NCBI GenBank assembly: GCA_029936935.1
Contig: JAPYRQ010000001.1
Location: forward strand, 22,970-86,329
Origin: Dehalococcoidia bacterium
Lineage (GTDB): Bacteria; Chloroflexota; Dehalococcoidia; Lucifugimonadales; UBA1127
Direction: 5' to 3'
Length of the DNA stretch: 63,360 nucleotides
This document shows positions 27,764-37,908 of the stretch, piece after piece. A program made the translations under genes and the position numbers. Within the stretch, counting starts at the first letter, position 1; each line of letters begins with the position of its first letter. The notes beneath the pieces are model-generated. The model made no database searches. It worked only from the letters and a program-made list of their open reading frames with translations, and was not told the DNA's origin.

Positions 27764-30351
27764 TCAATTGCTGGTTGATTGCCCTCACCAAAAGGGTTAC
27801 GCCAGTACGACCTGTGTATGAGCAGCTTCCGAAGGTTGCGCCACGCACGGCCTAGCTGTTCAGCCGCTGACGATGATATCTCCTGCCTGCTGAACCTGGT
27901 CACTGCGTGGGCATTCCCAAGGATACGGAGGTCACTGGAGGCGTTAGGGAACACTTCTGCCAGGCGACGAGCATACTCCGCAGGTGTTTGGTTCTTCTGA
28001 TACGGCAACCCCGCCAGAGTTCCCAACCAACACATCCGCTCAAATATCACAGCGGGCGCGGTGACGGTGACGAAGAGTCGGCGATAGCTGTACCATACCA
28101 ACCATACGATGAACACACTCCCCATGATGCCGGCTATGATGCGGCCATCCACGCTGAAGGAATCCTCAATTTCTGGCGGGAGGCCAAAGGGCTGAAAGTC
28201 CTCGCCCTCCAGGAACTCATCTTCGTCCAGTAACTCGTCAAATTCATCTTCGGCTGTCGGCGAAACATCGCTCCGTGAGGTCTCCGTATAAGACGGGAGG
28301 GCCCTCCCCGGTGTCGGCTCAAATTCTACCCAGCCAAAGTTTGGGAAATACGCCTCCGCCCACCCGTGGCTGTCGGATTCTCTGACAATGTAACCACCTG
28401 TTTCACTATCGAATTCCCTCGGCGCGTATCCGGCAACCATGCGAGCCGGTACATCGGCTTCACGAAGCAACACAGCCATTGCGGAGCCGAAGTAGTCGCT
28501 GTATCCACGTCCAACAATAAAGAGGAAATGATCAACGCCATCGGCATCGAAGTCCGGAGCCGGGATGTCCTGGTCATAGGGTATTTGGTGCAGGTAGGCT
28601 TCAATCGCTTTGGCTTTATCGTAGGGATTGAAGATGTTCTTAGTAATCTCCTGCGCCAACTCGCTCACCCTGGCAGGAAGGGTATCTGAGGTCTGTAGAT
28701 ACGTATCAGTTACCCATCCAGGGTAGTTTGTACCAGCCGTGCGCAACTCGCTGGCGGTTGCTGTGGAGATTGATGAGGTCACCGTATAGTCGTCGCCAAC
28801 AGACAACGTGTCAGGGCTGCTCACTCCTAGAATGTCCGGCGGTGAAGGGGGCACTCGGAGGACACGCACCCAGGAGAGCACCCCATCGTCCCGCTGCAGG
28901 GTGGCTAAGAGGGCGCTGGCCCTATCACCAGGGGCAGACTCCGGCACCAGAAAAGCCCTTTCAGATCCCCCGTCCACCGTGTCCTGGAATAGAAGCTCTG
29001 AAACAATGGTGTCATCGGGCAGGCTGCGGAGGAGCCTGTCGGCCTGAGCGACCTTGGAGTCCTCATACAGTCTGGTGCTCAAGATGGGCTGCAACGCCTC
29101 AGTCAGATCGCCAGGAAAGTCAAAGGCATTAGCATCCTTTGGAATCAGGGGAAGCCAATATTGGTTGGCGGACAGCACCTGCACGTTCAGCTCACCTTCG
29201 CTGCCCAGGGGAAGGTTGGAAACCGGGAGGTTATTGGTGTTGAACAGGGGCGAAACGGTGTACTCAAGCTCCAACCGTGACCTGTTTGCCCGAGGCTGAC
29301 TGCTGGGTTGGCTCTCCGTGAGCGTCAACTCCTCCACGTTATCAATGGTCCACCCTTGGGGCGCGTAGGTGGGGTAGGCTCTGGCCCGCAGATACGTCAG
29401 ATGGGGTGAATCCAATAAGAAGATGGATTCATCGCTCAGGGAAATGGGGCCTTCAAAGGGCAAGTAGTCACCAAAGACTTTATACCCTCCGCCTTTTCGA
29501 TCAGGCAATGCCGCGAAGAGACGATCCAAATCGTCCTCTACCGAACCGATGGGCGCCCTCATCCACTCCCATGCAGCATCAAACCAGGGAATTTGAACGG
29601 GTCGGGCAGGAAGAATGAGCGCTATGCCCAGTGCGAGCACAACGTAAAGGCCACCTCGATAGACCGAGTACAGACCGTGCTTTCTGGGGAACACGAATCC
29701 TACTCGTTGCCATTCCGTAGTCTGGTTCAGCGCGTGGATACGGACAACAAGCAGCATGGCAAAGGCCAGGTAGAGGAACATCTGCGGCGCGAACTCGTCC
29801 GGGAGGTAGCTCAGGTTGGAGAACATCGCTAAACCGCCGGGCAGGACTGCCATCCATAAGTTGTGCAGCCTGAAGGCGGCCCACGCTGAAAAATATCCGA
29901 TAATCCAGGACATTGATGCAAGCATCAAGGCAAAAGGAATGGTGTCTGTGCTGATGCCGCCCTCACGGGCAGCCTCTCCCCATTGGTCCAGACGGCCGTT
30001 CAGCGCTTGGAAAGATTCCCAAAACCCTGTGGCTTCTGTCACGGTGGAAAGCTGCCAGTAGACGAAGGCTACACCCAGGCCGATTGCTCCTATGTGCCAG
30101 GCGATGGGTTGACTGGGCATCTTGGCTACCAGGAGACCCATGAGAGCGCCAACAGCCACAATCAAGTAGAGAGACGGTGTGTCCGCCCATGCCGCGTCAG
30201 TGACCGTGTCTGTGATTATCAGCAGGGTGGCCAGGATGAGGCCGAGGGTAAGCCAACCTTCAGCGGGTGTGAACCTTCGATATGCTCGAATGAGTGGATG
30301 ACCGGAGTTGAGCACCGGTGCTGATGCAGCTGTAACGGCCTGAGTGGTCAT
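27760..30351 (-). CDS. Transglutaminase-like membrane protein (TgpA-like, DUF3488/DUF4129 architecture)
   Basis: There is an N-terminal polytopic membrane domain. The TGase-core block is GYSDYFGSAMAVLLREADVPARMVAGY...SDSHGWAEAYF...GWVEFEPT, and a C-terminal TM helix plus tail follow. It overlaps the DUF58 gene by 4 nt. Confidence 0.8.
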   Translation of the reverse strand: MTTQAVTAASAPVLNSGHPLIRAYRRFTPAEGWLTLGLILATLLIITDTVTDAAWADTPSLYLIVAVGALMGLLVAKMPSQPIAWHIGAIGLGVAFVYWQLSTVTEATGFWESFQALNGRLDQWGEAAREGGISTDTIPFALMLASMSWIIGYFSAWAAFRLHNLWMAVLPGGLAMFSNLSYLPDEFAPQMFLYLAFAMLLVVRIHALNQTTEWQRVGFVFPRKHGLYSVYRGGLYVVLALGIALILPARPVQIPWFDAAWEWMRAPIGSVEDDLDRLFAALPDRKGGGYKVFGDYLPFEGPISLSDESIFLLDSPHLTYLRARAYPTYAPQGWTIDNVEELTLTESQPSSQPRANRSRLELEYTVSPLFNTNNLPVSNLPLGSEGELNVQVLSANQYWLPLIPKDANAFDFPGDLTEALQPILSTRLYEDSKVAQADRLLRSLPDDTIVSELLFQDTVDGGSERAFLVPESAPGDRASALLATLQRDDGVLSWVRVLRVPPSPPDILGVSSPDTLSVGDDYTVTSSISTATASELRTAGTNYPGWVTDTYLQTSDTLPARVSELAQEITKNIFNPYDKAKAIEAYLHQIPYDQDIPAPDFDADGVDHFLFIVGRGYSDYFGSAMAVLLREADVPARMVAGYAPREFDSETGGYIVRESDSHGWAEAYFPNFGWVEFEPTPGRALPSYTETSRSDVSPTAEDEFDELLDEDEFLEGEDFQPFGLPPEIEDSFSVDGRIIAGIMGSVFIVWLVWYSYRRLFVTVTAPAVIFERMCWLGTLAGLPYQKNQTPAEYARRLAEVFPNASSDLRILGNAHAVTRFSRQEISSSAAEQLGRAWRNLRKLLIHRSYWRNPFGEGNQPAID

Positions 30352-31598
30352 GCAGGCACCTCAGGCTTGTAGCGCGTGGTCAATGTGAAGGTAGGCGTGT
30401 ACATCGGGCTAGCCATAGCCTCACCCAACGGCTGGTCTTTTCTCACTGCGTAGGTACGGATCCCGCCTGCTGCGAGTCGGTTCCCCACTGCCGCAATGTC
30501 TCCCGGCCCACCGAACGAGGTGGGGTCTATCAGCACCGTGGTGACTTGAGCTCCGTGGTGGAACAGCCAGCTTGCGGAGGCCGGCCAGCCGAGGTCAACG
30601 GAGGGTGTGACAATCACAACGGAACTCTGGTCCAGTCCGTGCCTTCTGCCGTCTTCAAGGACTTCTTCCAGCGGCGAGGTCCCCTCGGCTTTGACCAGCG
30701 CCAGGGCCTGCATGATGCGATCCTGATGCCCGTATCCCCTGTTGGGTGGTACGTACAACGGTTCCGCGCCATCGGCGAACAGCCCAACAAACAGGCCCGA
30801 GTCAAGGAAGTGACGGGCAATGGACGCGGTGACGGTCACGCAATACTCTTCCGTGGATTCCGCATCGGCTCCCGCCTGGACTGCCTTGTGCAGGTCTAGG
30901 ACTATCCAAACATCGCTGCCGGTGTCCTGATCGAACTGCTTGGCCATGAGTTTTCCCGTGCGAACGGTGGTGGGCCAGTGGATGCGACCAAGGGTGTCAG
31001 ACGGCACATACTCGCGAACGCTGGACACCGTTGGGCTTGTGCTGGCGGTCGGTCGACGGAACGTGCCCTCGCCAGGCGACCCTCGCCTCGGAAGGGAGAA
31101 GAGGGGTATGGGGACAGTGGTGGGATAGACCACAACCTGTTGGGCGGTCTCGAACCGTCTGCTGTGACGGAACATCCCGAAGGGGTCTGCCGCTGTTATC
31201 TCAATCGGCCCTATTGTGAAGACGCCCCTACGACGGGCGATGATGCGGTTCGTCCATGTATGTGTGGCGTGGGTGGCCATGCCGATAGCCCGACCGCTTG
31301 TAGGCCCTGAGAACGTGGTCAACTCCGTTATCTCTAAAACCGGCTTGGGCGCGGCGGTGTTGGTGACGCTTATCTGGGTGACGAATGTGCCGCCGACTTC
31401 TCGATTCCCAAGCTGTCGCTGGACCCGTACTTCCAATCCACGGAGGCTGATGATTCCCCAGACGTAGGTGACGAGGAGTGCGAAGCCAAGGGCGTAGGAG
31501 AGTCGATAGTAGATAGCGAATCCTGTGGCCATGGCATACGCCAAAGCCAGGATGACCAGCAGTAGCACGATATGAAACCTGGTAGGGCGATAGCGCAT
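30348..31598 (-). CDS. DUF58 (vWA-like) domain protein
   Basis: The DUF58 signature REYVPSDTLGRIHWPTT is present, with two N-terminal TM helices. I prefer ATG 31598 because the ORF-track start at 31676 would overlap moxR by 71 nt. Confidence 0.8.
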   Translation of the reverse strand: MRYRPTRFHIVLLLVILALAYAMATGFAIYYRLSYALGFALLVTYVWGIISLRGLEVRVQRQLGNREVGGTFVTQISVTNTAAPKPVLEITELTTFSGPTSGRAIGMATHATHTWTNRIIARRRGVFTIGPIEITAADPFGMFRHSRRFETAQQVVVYPTTVPIPLFSLPRRGSPGEGTFRRPTASTSPTVSSVREYVPSDTLGRIHWPTTVRTGKLMAKQFDQDTGSDVWIVLDLHKAVQAGADAESTEEYCVTVTASIARHFLDSGLFVGLFADGAEPLYVPPNRGYGHQDRIMQALALVKAEGTSPLEEVLEDGRRHGLDQSSVVIVTPSVDLGWPASASWLFHHGAQVTTVLIDPTSFGGPGDIAAVGNRLAAGGIRTYAVRKDQPLGEAMASPMYTPTFTLTTRYKPEVPA

Positions 31599-31605
31599 AG
31601 CTGGC

Positions 31606-32583
31606 TTATCCTGCAGGTGCCTGTTGCCCTGCTCGTACGCCTGGCACCTGAACCTCTTCCAACGCCGCCTCAACAATCATTCTGCCGCTCACTCCCCGCA
31701 TTCTGGATGATGGCGGGACGATGATGCGATGTCCCAACACCGGAATGGCCATCTCTTTCACATCGTCTGGCAAAACGTAGTCGCGGCCCCGTATGAGCGC
31801 AAGGGCCTGGCTTGTCCGGAACAACGCCAGAGAACCTCTGGGCGATGCACCAAGATCGGCATCGGGGTGTTTCCTGGTGGAGTTGACCAGCGCCACAACG
31901 TATTCCGTGATAGCGGTCTCCGCGTGGATTGTCTTCACAATCTCCTGGAGTTCCAGTATCTCCTCGGCAGTGACCACCGGTTCCAACGTATTAATGGGGT
32001 GCTGAAGTATCTGCTGGCTCACTACGGAAACTTCGTCTTCCTGGGACGGGTACCCCAGGGATATTCGAAGCATGAATCGATCTAGCTGGCCCTCTGGCAA
32101 CGGGAAGGTGCCCTCGTACTCGATGGGGTTCAGCGTGGCAAGCACCACCGCCGGGCGCGGGAGGGGATGAGTGATGCCGTCAACGGTTACCTGATGCTCT
32201 TCCATGGCTTCAAGCAACGCGGACTGGGTCTTTGGAGTCGTTCGGTTTAGCTCGTCCGCCAGCACCATCTGGGCCATGATTGGGCCGGGGCGGTACTCAA
32301 ACTCACCGGATTGTTGGTTGTAAATCGTCACGCCGGTGATATCGCTCGGTAGAAGGTCGGGTGTGAACTGGATGCGACCGAAGCTGCAGCCCGTGGACTT
32401 TGCAACGCTACGGGCCAGCATGGTCTTACCAACGCCGGGCACATCTTCTATGAGTAAGTGGCCCCCGCATATCAGGGCGATGACAGACTGTTCAACAGCC
32501 TGCTGCTTACCGATGATTACGCGGGATATGTTGTCAACGATCTGCTTGACCTTGGCCTGGGCGGCGTTACCATCCTGCATCAT
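31606..32583 (-). CDS. MoxR-family AAA+ ATPase
   Basis: Walker A is GVPGVGKT and Walker B is VLADELNR. Size and C-terminal domain fit MoxR. Confidence 0.9.
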   Translation of the reverse strand: MMQDGNAAQAKVKQIVDNISRVIIGKQQAVEQSVIALICGGHLLIEDVPGVGKTMLARSVAKSTGCSFGRIQFTPDLLPSDITGVTIYNQQSGEFEYRPGPIMAQMVLADELNRTTPKTQSALLEAMEEHQVTVDGITHPLPRPAVVLATLNPIEYEGTFPLPEGQLDRFMLRISLGYPSQEDEVSVVSQQILQHPINTLEPVVTAEEILELQEIVKTIHAETAITEYVVALVNSTRKHPDADLGASPRGSLALFRTSQALALIRGRDYVLPDDVKEMAIPVLGHRIIVPPSSRMRGVSGRMIVEAALEEVQVPGVRAGQQAPAG

Positions 32584-32767
32584 GTCCTCCTTGGAACTAC
32601 TTAGTGAATGATGACTGGCAATGAATTGACCTGAGAGAGGAATGTATTGGGAGTGTTAGGGGTTAAAGATGCTCCTCACAGGTCAATTCTCAGGTTGGAC
32701 TTGTGATATTCGCTCGCTCACCAACAGGATAGCCTAAAAGGCAATACGGATACAACTTATTGAGCTT

Positions 32768-33985
32768 TTAGAGAGAAGACGGTATGGCTTCTCCAATCAG
32801 TTGTTGTCTGGCTGATTGGGTGACCTGGGCCATTACTTCTTGCAGGGCTATCCCCTTCTCCAGTGCAATGGCGCGGCAAACATCGTACTCTGGCACGGCG
32901 GCCACTATTGCTCCGTCCAAGAGTTTCACTTTGACGGGCACTTTCCCGAAATCCGTGTCAACATCGCGCATTTCCCTATCGGCTACATGGCGATCCACGT
33001 CACGCCTACGGACGCCAAGGGTTGAGGTCTCTCGGAAGAGCAGCGCTACTGCCTGCCCTTCCAACGACTCCGGTACCAGCACGCTCAGCAACACGCCGGG
33101 GCGGTTCTTCTTCATCTGAATGGGGGTGTGCCAAACGTCCATCGCACCTAGGGTGAAAAGCCGCTCTTGGACGTAGCCAAGGATCTGGGGACTGATGTCG
33201 TCCACGTTAGTTTCTAGCATTACCACGCCGCTTGAGGCCTGTATTGATTCAAGTTCACCCACCCAAAGCGCTACGGTGTTGGGGTAGGTGTCAGGGTTTC
33301 TGGTGCCCAACCCGTAGCCCACTTTGTTCAATCTCATGGCCGGTCGTGTGAACTCCGCCAACTCGGTTACTATAGCCGCGCCTGTGGGTGTGACCAACTC
33401 GCCCGTGTAGCCGTTCGGCGGCGTGGTTACGGGAGCGTTTGCCATAGCTGCCAGCTCCACAGTGGCGGGAGCAGCGGCGGGCAGTGGGCCGTGGGCGGCT
33501 TTGAACACCCCTGAACCCATTGGGATAGCACTGGAGTAGAGCCGTTCGATGCCAAGAAGCTCAAGCCCTGCAACCGTGCCGACCACATCGATGAGGGTGT
33601 CCATCGTGCCAAGCTCGTGAGGGTGAGGCGACGGGTCTTCTGCGCCGCTGCGGTGCACCTTCCGCTCTGCCTGCTCCAACCGGCGTATGACGGCCTGGCT
33701 CTTCTGTGCCACAGGGGTCGATAGGGAACTAGCGGCGATGGTGGAAGCGAAGTCCTCCCAGCCCATCCTGACGGACTCTGCCTCGCCGGTGCTTGTCTGG
33801 AGCGTGACGTGGAGCCCTTGTAGCCCGCCACGCCGGTCCTGCTTCGTTGTGATGGTACAGTCGGGGATCGGTAGCTTGGCCAACTCAGCTTGCAGCGCCT
33901 CTACCGTGACGCCTGCGTCCAAAATGGCACCCAGCAGCATGTCGCCGCTGGCCCCGCCGATCATATGGATGTAGCCAACTCGCAT
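32768..33985 (-). CDS. larC: Nickel-pincer cofactor biosynthesis protein LarC (nickel insertion)
   Basis: The N-terminal signature MRVGYIHMIGGASGDMLLGAILDAG is present. The length is ~400 aa, consistent with the UPF0272 family. Confidence 0.85.
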   Translation of the reverse strand: MRVGYIHMIGGASGDMLLGAILDAGVTVEALQAELAKLPIPDCTITTKQDRRGGLQGLHVTLQTSTGEAESVRMGWEDFASTIAASSLSTPVAQKSQAVIRRLEQAERKVHRSGAEDPSPHPHELGTMDTLIDVVGTVAGLELLGIERLYSSAIPMGSGVFKAAHGPLPAAAPATVELAAMANAPVTTPPNGYTGELVTPTGAAIVTELAEFTRPAMRLNKVGYGLGTRNPDTYPNTVALWVGELESIQASSGVVMLETNVDDISPQILGYVQERLFTLGAMDVWHTPIQMKKNRPGVLLSVLVPESLEGQAVALLFRETSTLGVRRRDVDRHVADREMRDVDTDFGKVPVKVKLLDGAIVAAVPEYDVCRAIALEKGIALQEVMAQVTQSARQQLIGEAIPSSL

Positions 33986-34103
33986 AGTTTCTCCGTGGCA
34001 CGTTTGATGAGACGTAATTATCTACTATGGAGCAGGATTCTACCATGACTCCAAACGAAGAGAGCCCCGTCATGAGGCTCTCTCGCTAAAGCTACGTGTT
34101 AAA

Positions 34104-35396
34104 TCAGGCGGGTACGTACTCGGTGGTATACGGAACCTTCTCGTATAGCTCACCGGAGAGGGCGTTTTGCCAATCGGTGTCTACCGGTAGCACCTTCTCA
34201 ATGGGCCTGAGGGAGTAGATGTTTGTGCCCAGTCCGGGCGGTGTCCCACCGTCCTCAACGGTCTTCACAGCTTCCATCAGGATCTTCCGCGCCATGATGA
34301 TGGCCCTGTCTGTTGTGCCGAGGTGCTCCTTGGTCCTATCGCAGATTGGGCCCATGGTGTCCTGCACAGCCCTGTCCTGGGTGTTGGTGCCGGGGATGCC
34401 GGAGTAGGTCTCCGTCTTCTGCGCTTCTCTATCGATGAAGTAATCATTGCCGTCGTTTGCCAGGGATCGGAATCCCTCTTCGACGATGATGTCCTTGCCG
34501 AATTCGTTGCCTGTACCTGTCTGCGCACGCTCAGACTCCGTCATTGGCTGGCCATCGAATCGATAGCTGAAGTTCCAGACCAGGGTGTTCTCATCGTCGA
34601 TGGGCACCCAGATATGGCCGGAGGCCCTGCCCTCCGCTCGAGCGAGCTGGTTCGGTCGAAGCTGGTAAAACGGCGCGACGAAGTGGTAGGTGCGGACGTA
34701 ATCGCCCTCTTCATCGGTGATGGGCCGGATGCCAGCGTAGGTGTAGCCGTAGTCTGTAGGCGCTACCTCCACGTGGGCGGCCATTGAGCGGTCCCTTGCC
34801 TTGGCCATTGCCTGGTTGTTGATGCTCTTCAGGTTGCGGTGCAGGAAGTTGATGTGGACGGTATCTATCCCGCCCTCAAGCCCCTGCAACCAGTTGCACT
34901 GCTGAACGACTTTGGTGATGCCGCGATGCTCGTCCGGCACCTGGGTCCATTCCATTGATGGCAGGGGAGGCTTCAAGTCTGCCGGCCCCATGTATATCCA
35001 GATGATGCCGCCGAACTCAGCAGTGGCGTATGCGGCAATCTTGACCTTGTCTTTGAAGTTGCTCTCGGTCGGCTCAGAGGGCATGTCTACGCAGCTGCCG
35101 TCTACATCAAACTTCCAACCGTGATAGACACAGCGGAGACCGCATTCCTCGTTCCTGCCGAAGAACATGCTAGCGCGACGGTGCGGGCAGTAGTTGTCCA
35201 GCACGCCTACCACGCCGTTGGTGTCGCGGAAGGCAACCATATCCTCGCCCAACAGTCGAACGCGGATGGGTGGGCAGTCAGGGTCAGGAAGCTCCCAACT
35301 GAGGGTGGCTGGAATCCAGTAGCGGCGCATCAAATCGCCAGTCGGGGTACCGGGGCCCACCCGTGCCAGAGTCTGATTCTCTTCAAACGTCAACAT
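34104..35396 (-). CDS. Rieske [2Fe-2S] aromatic-ring-hydroxylating oxygenase, alpha subunit (paralog 1)
   Basis: The Rieske motif is CPHRRASMFFGRNEECGLRCVYHGW and the mononuclear Fe motif is GIDTVHINFLH (DxxHxxxxH). I prefer ATG 35396 with RBS gggagg, by alignment to paralogs that start MLT/MLS. Confidence 0.85.
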   Translation of the reverse strand: MLTFEENQTLARVGPGTPTGDLMRRYWIPATLSWELPDPDCPPIRVRLLGEDMVAFRDTNGVVGVLDNYCPHRRASMFFGRNEECGLRCVYHGWKFDVDGSCVDMPSEPTESNFKDKVKIAAYATAEFGGIIWIYMGPADLKPPLPSMEWTQVPDEHRGITKVVQQCNWLQGLEGGIDTVHINFLHRNLKSINNQAMAKARDRSMAAHVEVAPTDYGYTYAGIRPITDEEGDYVRTYHFVAPFYQLRPNQLARAEGRASGHIWVPIDDENTLVWNFSYRFDGQPMTESERAQTGTGNEFGKDIIVEEGFRSLANDGNDYFIDREAQKTETYSGIPGTNTQDRAVQDTMGPICDRTKEHLGTTDRAIIMARKILMEAVKTVEDGGTPPGLGTNIYSLRPIEKVLPVDTDWQNALSGELYEKVPYTTEYVPA

Positions 35397-35491
35397 GAAT
35401 CGACCTCCCTGTTGTTGCGATGTCCGGAGCACCTACGTTTGGTAGGCACCCCGGACATCGAGATTTCTAGAATCTTGTACTTAGGTCGACT

Positions 35492-37288
35492 TTAATTGGC
35501 CTTCAACAACTCATAGTGGGTCCATATTGCGGACAGAGAACCCGGGAAGTTGTATGACGCCACGAAATTGGGGTTGATGACGAGCTGGGCCGGGATCCAG
35601 TAGAGATAGATTCCCATGTATTCGTTGAACGCCATGTCTCCGATCTGTCGGAGAAGGACGTTCTGCTTCGCAGAATCCATCTCGGCCTGAAGCTGGTCGA
35701 TCAATGCGCCGGTGTTGATCAACTCCAGCGAGCCTCCACGTGGCACGACGTGGGAGTTGTAGACCCGCCAGCCCTGGATGTCAAAGGAAGCGGTGGCCGC
35801 AAAACCTACGTGGTCCTTGTACTTGAATGCGCGGGTATTCGCACGGTTCGTCGCTGAGTCGATGGTCAGGAGGTTCGCTTTGACACCTATGTCATTCCAA
35901 TACCCAGCAATGATCTCAAGCACGTCCGCTGATTGGCCGTATTGGGTGTGAGTGGTGACCTCAACGCCTACTTCCAGGGGATTATCATCGTTGTAACCGG
36001 ATTCTGCCAGCAAAGCGCGCGCAGCGGTCGGATTAAATCCCCAATTCGCATCAAAGTCTCGATCCCAATCTGTGTTCCAGTAGCTGGCTGTGGGAGGAAT
36101 GTGGTTCATGACCATCTTTTGGCCCTTGCCGCCAAAGAAGGCTGTGTTCAATTCATCGCGGTTGACTGCGCGGTTCAGCGCCTGACGGACATTTCTGTCC
36201 AAGAAAGGACTGTCACAGTGTCGGTAGCCGCAGGCGGTTTTGCTGTCCAGATAGACACCTTTGAAACTGAGGAACACGCGTTGGCCCGAGAGGGCACCAC
36301 TGATGAGTTTCATACCATCGGCCTCTGCCTGGGGAATGAGGTCTTCAGGCAGTTGGGTGATGTGAACCTCATCGGTCAGGAGTGCTGCCAGCCGTGTGGA
36401 GGCTTCTCCCATCCATCGATATTCAAGCTCCGGGAAGTCCGGGGTATAGCGCCAGTGGTCATAGGGGACACGCTGAAAGACGACCTTCTGCCCCTGGATT
36501 CGTTCCTTGAACTGGTATGCACCGGTACCAGCCAGAGGTGAAGTGGTCAGGTTCGGGAGTCCGCTTTCCGCAAAGTTGGCAGCACTCTCAATCTCCAGTC
36601 CACCTACTTGCTCAGAAATCTGCTTCAAGGCCTCGGCATTTGCCCGGGAAAGCTTGAAGACGATCTCATGATCGTTGATCACTTCAATGGTGGCCAACTT
36701 GTACCTACGGGAGATGGCGTGAAGTGAATCTTCCCGGACGATCTGTCCGTGGGTGAAGACCACGTCAGCTGCGGTGAACTCACCCCAACCGTTGTGGAAC
36801 TGGACACCCTTGCGGAGTATGAAGCGAGTGGAAATGCCGTCAGGCTCCACGCTCCAGGACTCTGCGAGCTGGGGTACCAGGTCACCGGTTGCGGGATCGT
36901 ATCCGATCAGGTATTCAAACGTAGGCCCGATCTGGAAGGTGGTCAGCGGACCCAACTCGATGTTCGGGTTGTTTCCTTCCGAAGATGGGGCAGGGTTGCC
37001 GATGATTACTCGGGTAATTTTGGGTTCTGAACCCGAGGACGTCGGTGCGGATGAAGCTGCCACCGCAGTGGGAGCCGGGGCCGCTGCCGATGGGGCAGAC
37101 GTGGAGCCAGATGCACTTTGCGGTGCGTCTGCTGCCGCAGGTTGTTGCTGTCCGGCAGTGCTACCAGCGGGTGTTGAGCCACTACTGTCGTCTCCATCGC
37201 TGGAGCATGCAGCTACCAGAGCCAAAACCATGGCCATTGCAGCTACCAGCAGCCATGCTCGTTTAGAACTTAAGACACTATTTCGCAT
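35492..37288 (-). CDS. ABC transporter substrate-binding lipoprotein, family 5 (peptide/nickel type)
   Basis: A lipobox LVAACSS is present, followed by a ~70-aa Ser/Ala/Pro-rich linker and then the SBP_bac_5-like body. No permease or ATPase gene is adjacent. Confidence 0.85.
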   Translation of the reverse strand: MRNSVLSSKRAWLLVAAMAMVLALVAACSSDGDDSSGSTPAGSTAGQQQPAAADAPQSASGSTSAPSAAAPAPTAVAASSAPTSSGSEPKITRVIIGNPAPSSEGNNPNIELGPLTTFQIGPTFEYLIGYDPATGDLVPQLAESWSVEPDGISTRFILRKGVQFHNGWGEFTAADVVFTHGQIVREDSLHAISRRYKLATIEVINDHEIVFKLSRANAEALKQISEQVGGLEIESAANFAESGLPNLTTSPLAGTGAYQFKERIQGQKVVFQRVPYDHWRYTPDFPELEYRWMGEASTRLAALLTDEVHITQLPEDLIPQAEADGMKLISGALSGQRVFLSFKGVYLDSKTACGYRHCDSPFLDRNVRQALNRAVNRDELNTAFFGGKGQKMVMNHIPPTASYWNTDWDRDFDANWGFNPTAARALLAESGYNDDNPLEVGVEVTTHTQYGQSADVLEIIAGYWNDIGVKANLLTIDSATNRANTRAFKYKDHVGFAATASFDIQGWRVYNSHVVPRGGSLELINTGALIDQLQAEMDSAKQNVLLRQIGDMAFNEYMGIYLYWIPAQLVINPNFVASYNFPGSLSAIWTHYELLKAN

Positions 37289-37424
37289 AACGCTTCCTTT
37301 CGGGGTGGTTCTATTAATGGCACAATTGCGCCGTGGGGATGGTAACAGTGGGTGTAGCTGGCGTCAATCATTTTTATAGGGAGATTGAACGACCATTAAC
37401 TTTATTGGTCGTATACGGTGACAG

Positions 37425-37751
37425 CTAGGGGGGAGTATTAGTTGCGCGAACTACCACGCGGGCCTTACGAATTGCCTCGTTCAGCGCACCACGGAAGGAG
37501 TCAGGGTTGGCCACCATGCCGGTGCCCATACTCCCCTCGCCCGTAGCAGTGAGCAGGGCGAAAGAGTGGTTGTTGAAGAGGATGGAGAAGCAGCAGGCGG
37601 GGACATCGTCTATGGTCTCGTTGTGGCCGTTGGCGATGACTGTGAAAGCCCCGGCATGCTCTACCAGTAGCCCGGGATGGTTCACGATACTCGTGTGACC
37701 CCTGCAGACCAGGAACTCAGCTATGACATCAATGATGTGGCTCATAGGCAC
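37425..37751 (-). CDS. Hypothetical protein (108 aa)
   Basis: This is an ORF only. It has no recognised motif and its codon usage resembles its neighbours. Confidence 0.45.
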   Translation of the reverse strand: MPMSHIIDVIAEFLVCRGHTSIVNHPGLLVEHAGAFTVIANGHNETIDDVPACCFSILFNNHSFALLTATGEGSMGTGMVANPDSFRGALNEAIRKARVVVRATNTPP

Positions 37752-37908
37752 TTCCTGACGCTAAGAATCGGTTCGATTCGATGCCGGAAAGCGGGTCAAA
37801 CCTGATGGTGTGAGTATACGCCTGCGGGGTGTCATAAGCTGCGAAATATCGTTAAAAACCTGAGCAAATCAGCAAACAGGTAAGCTTGGATCCAGGGCAT
37901 CGCCCTGG

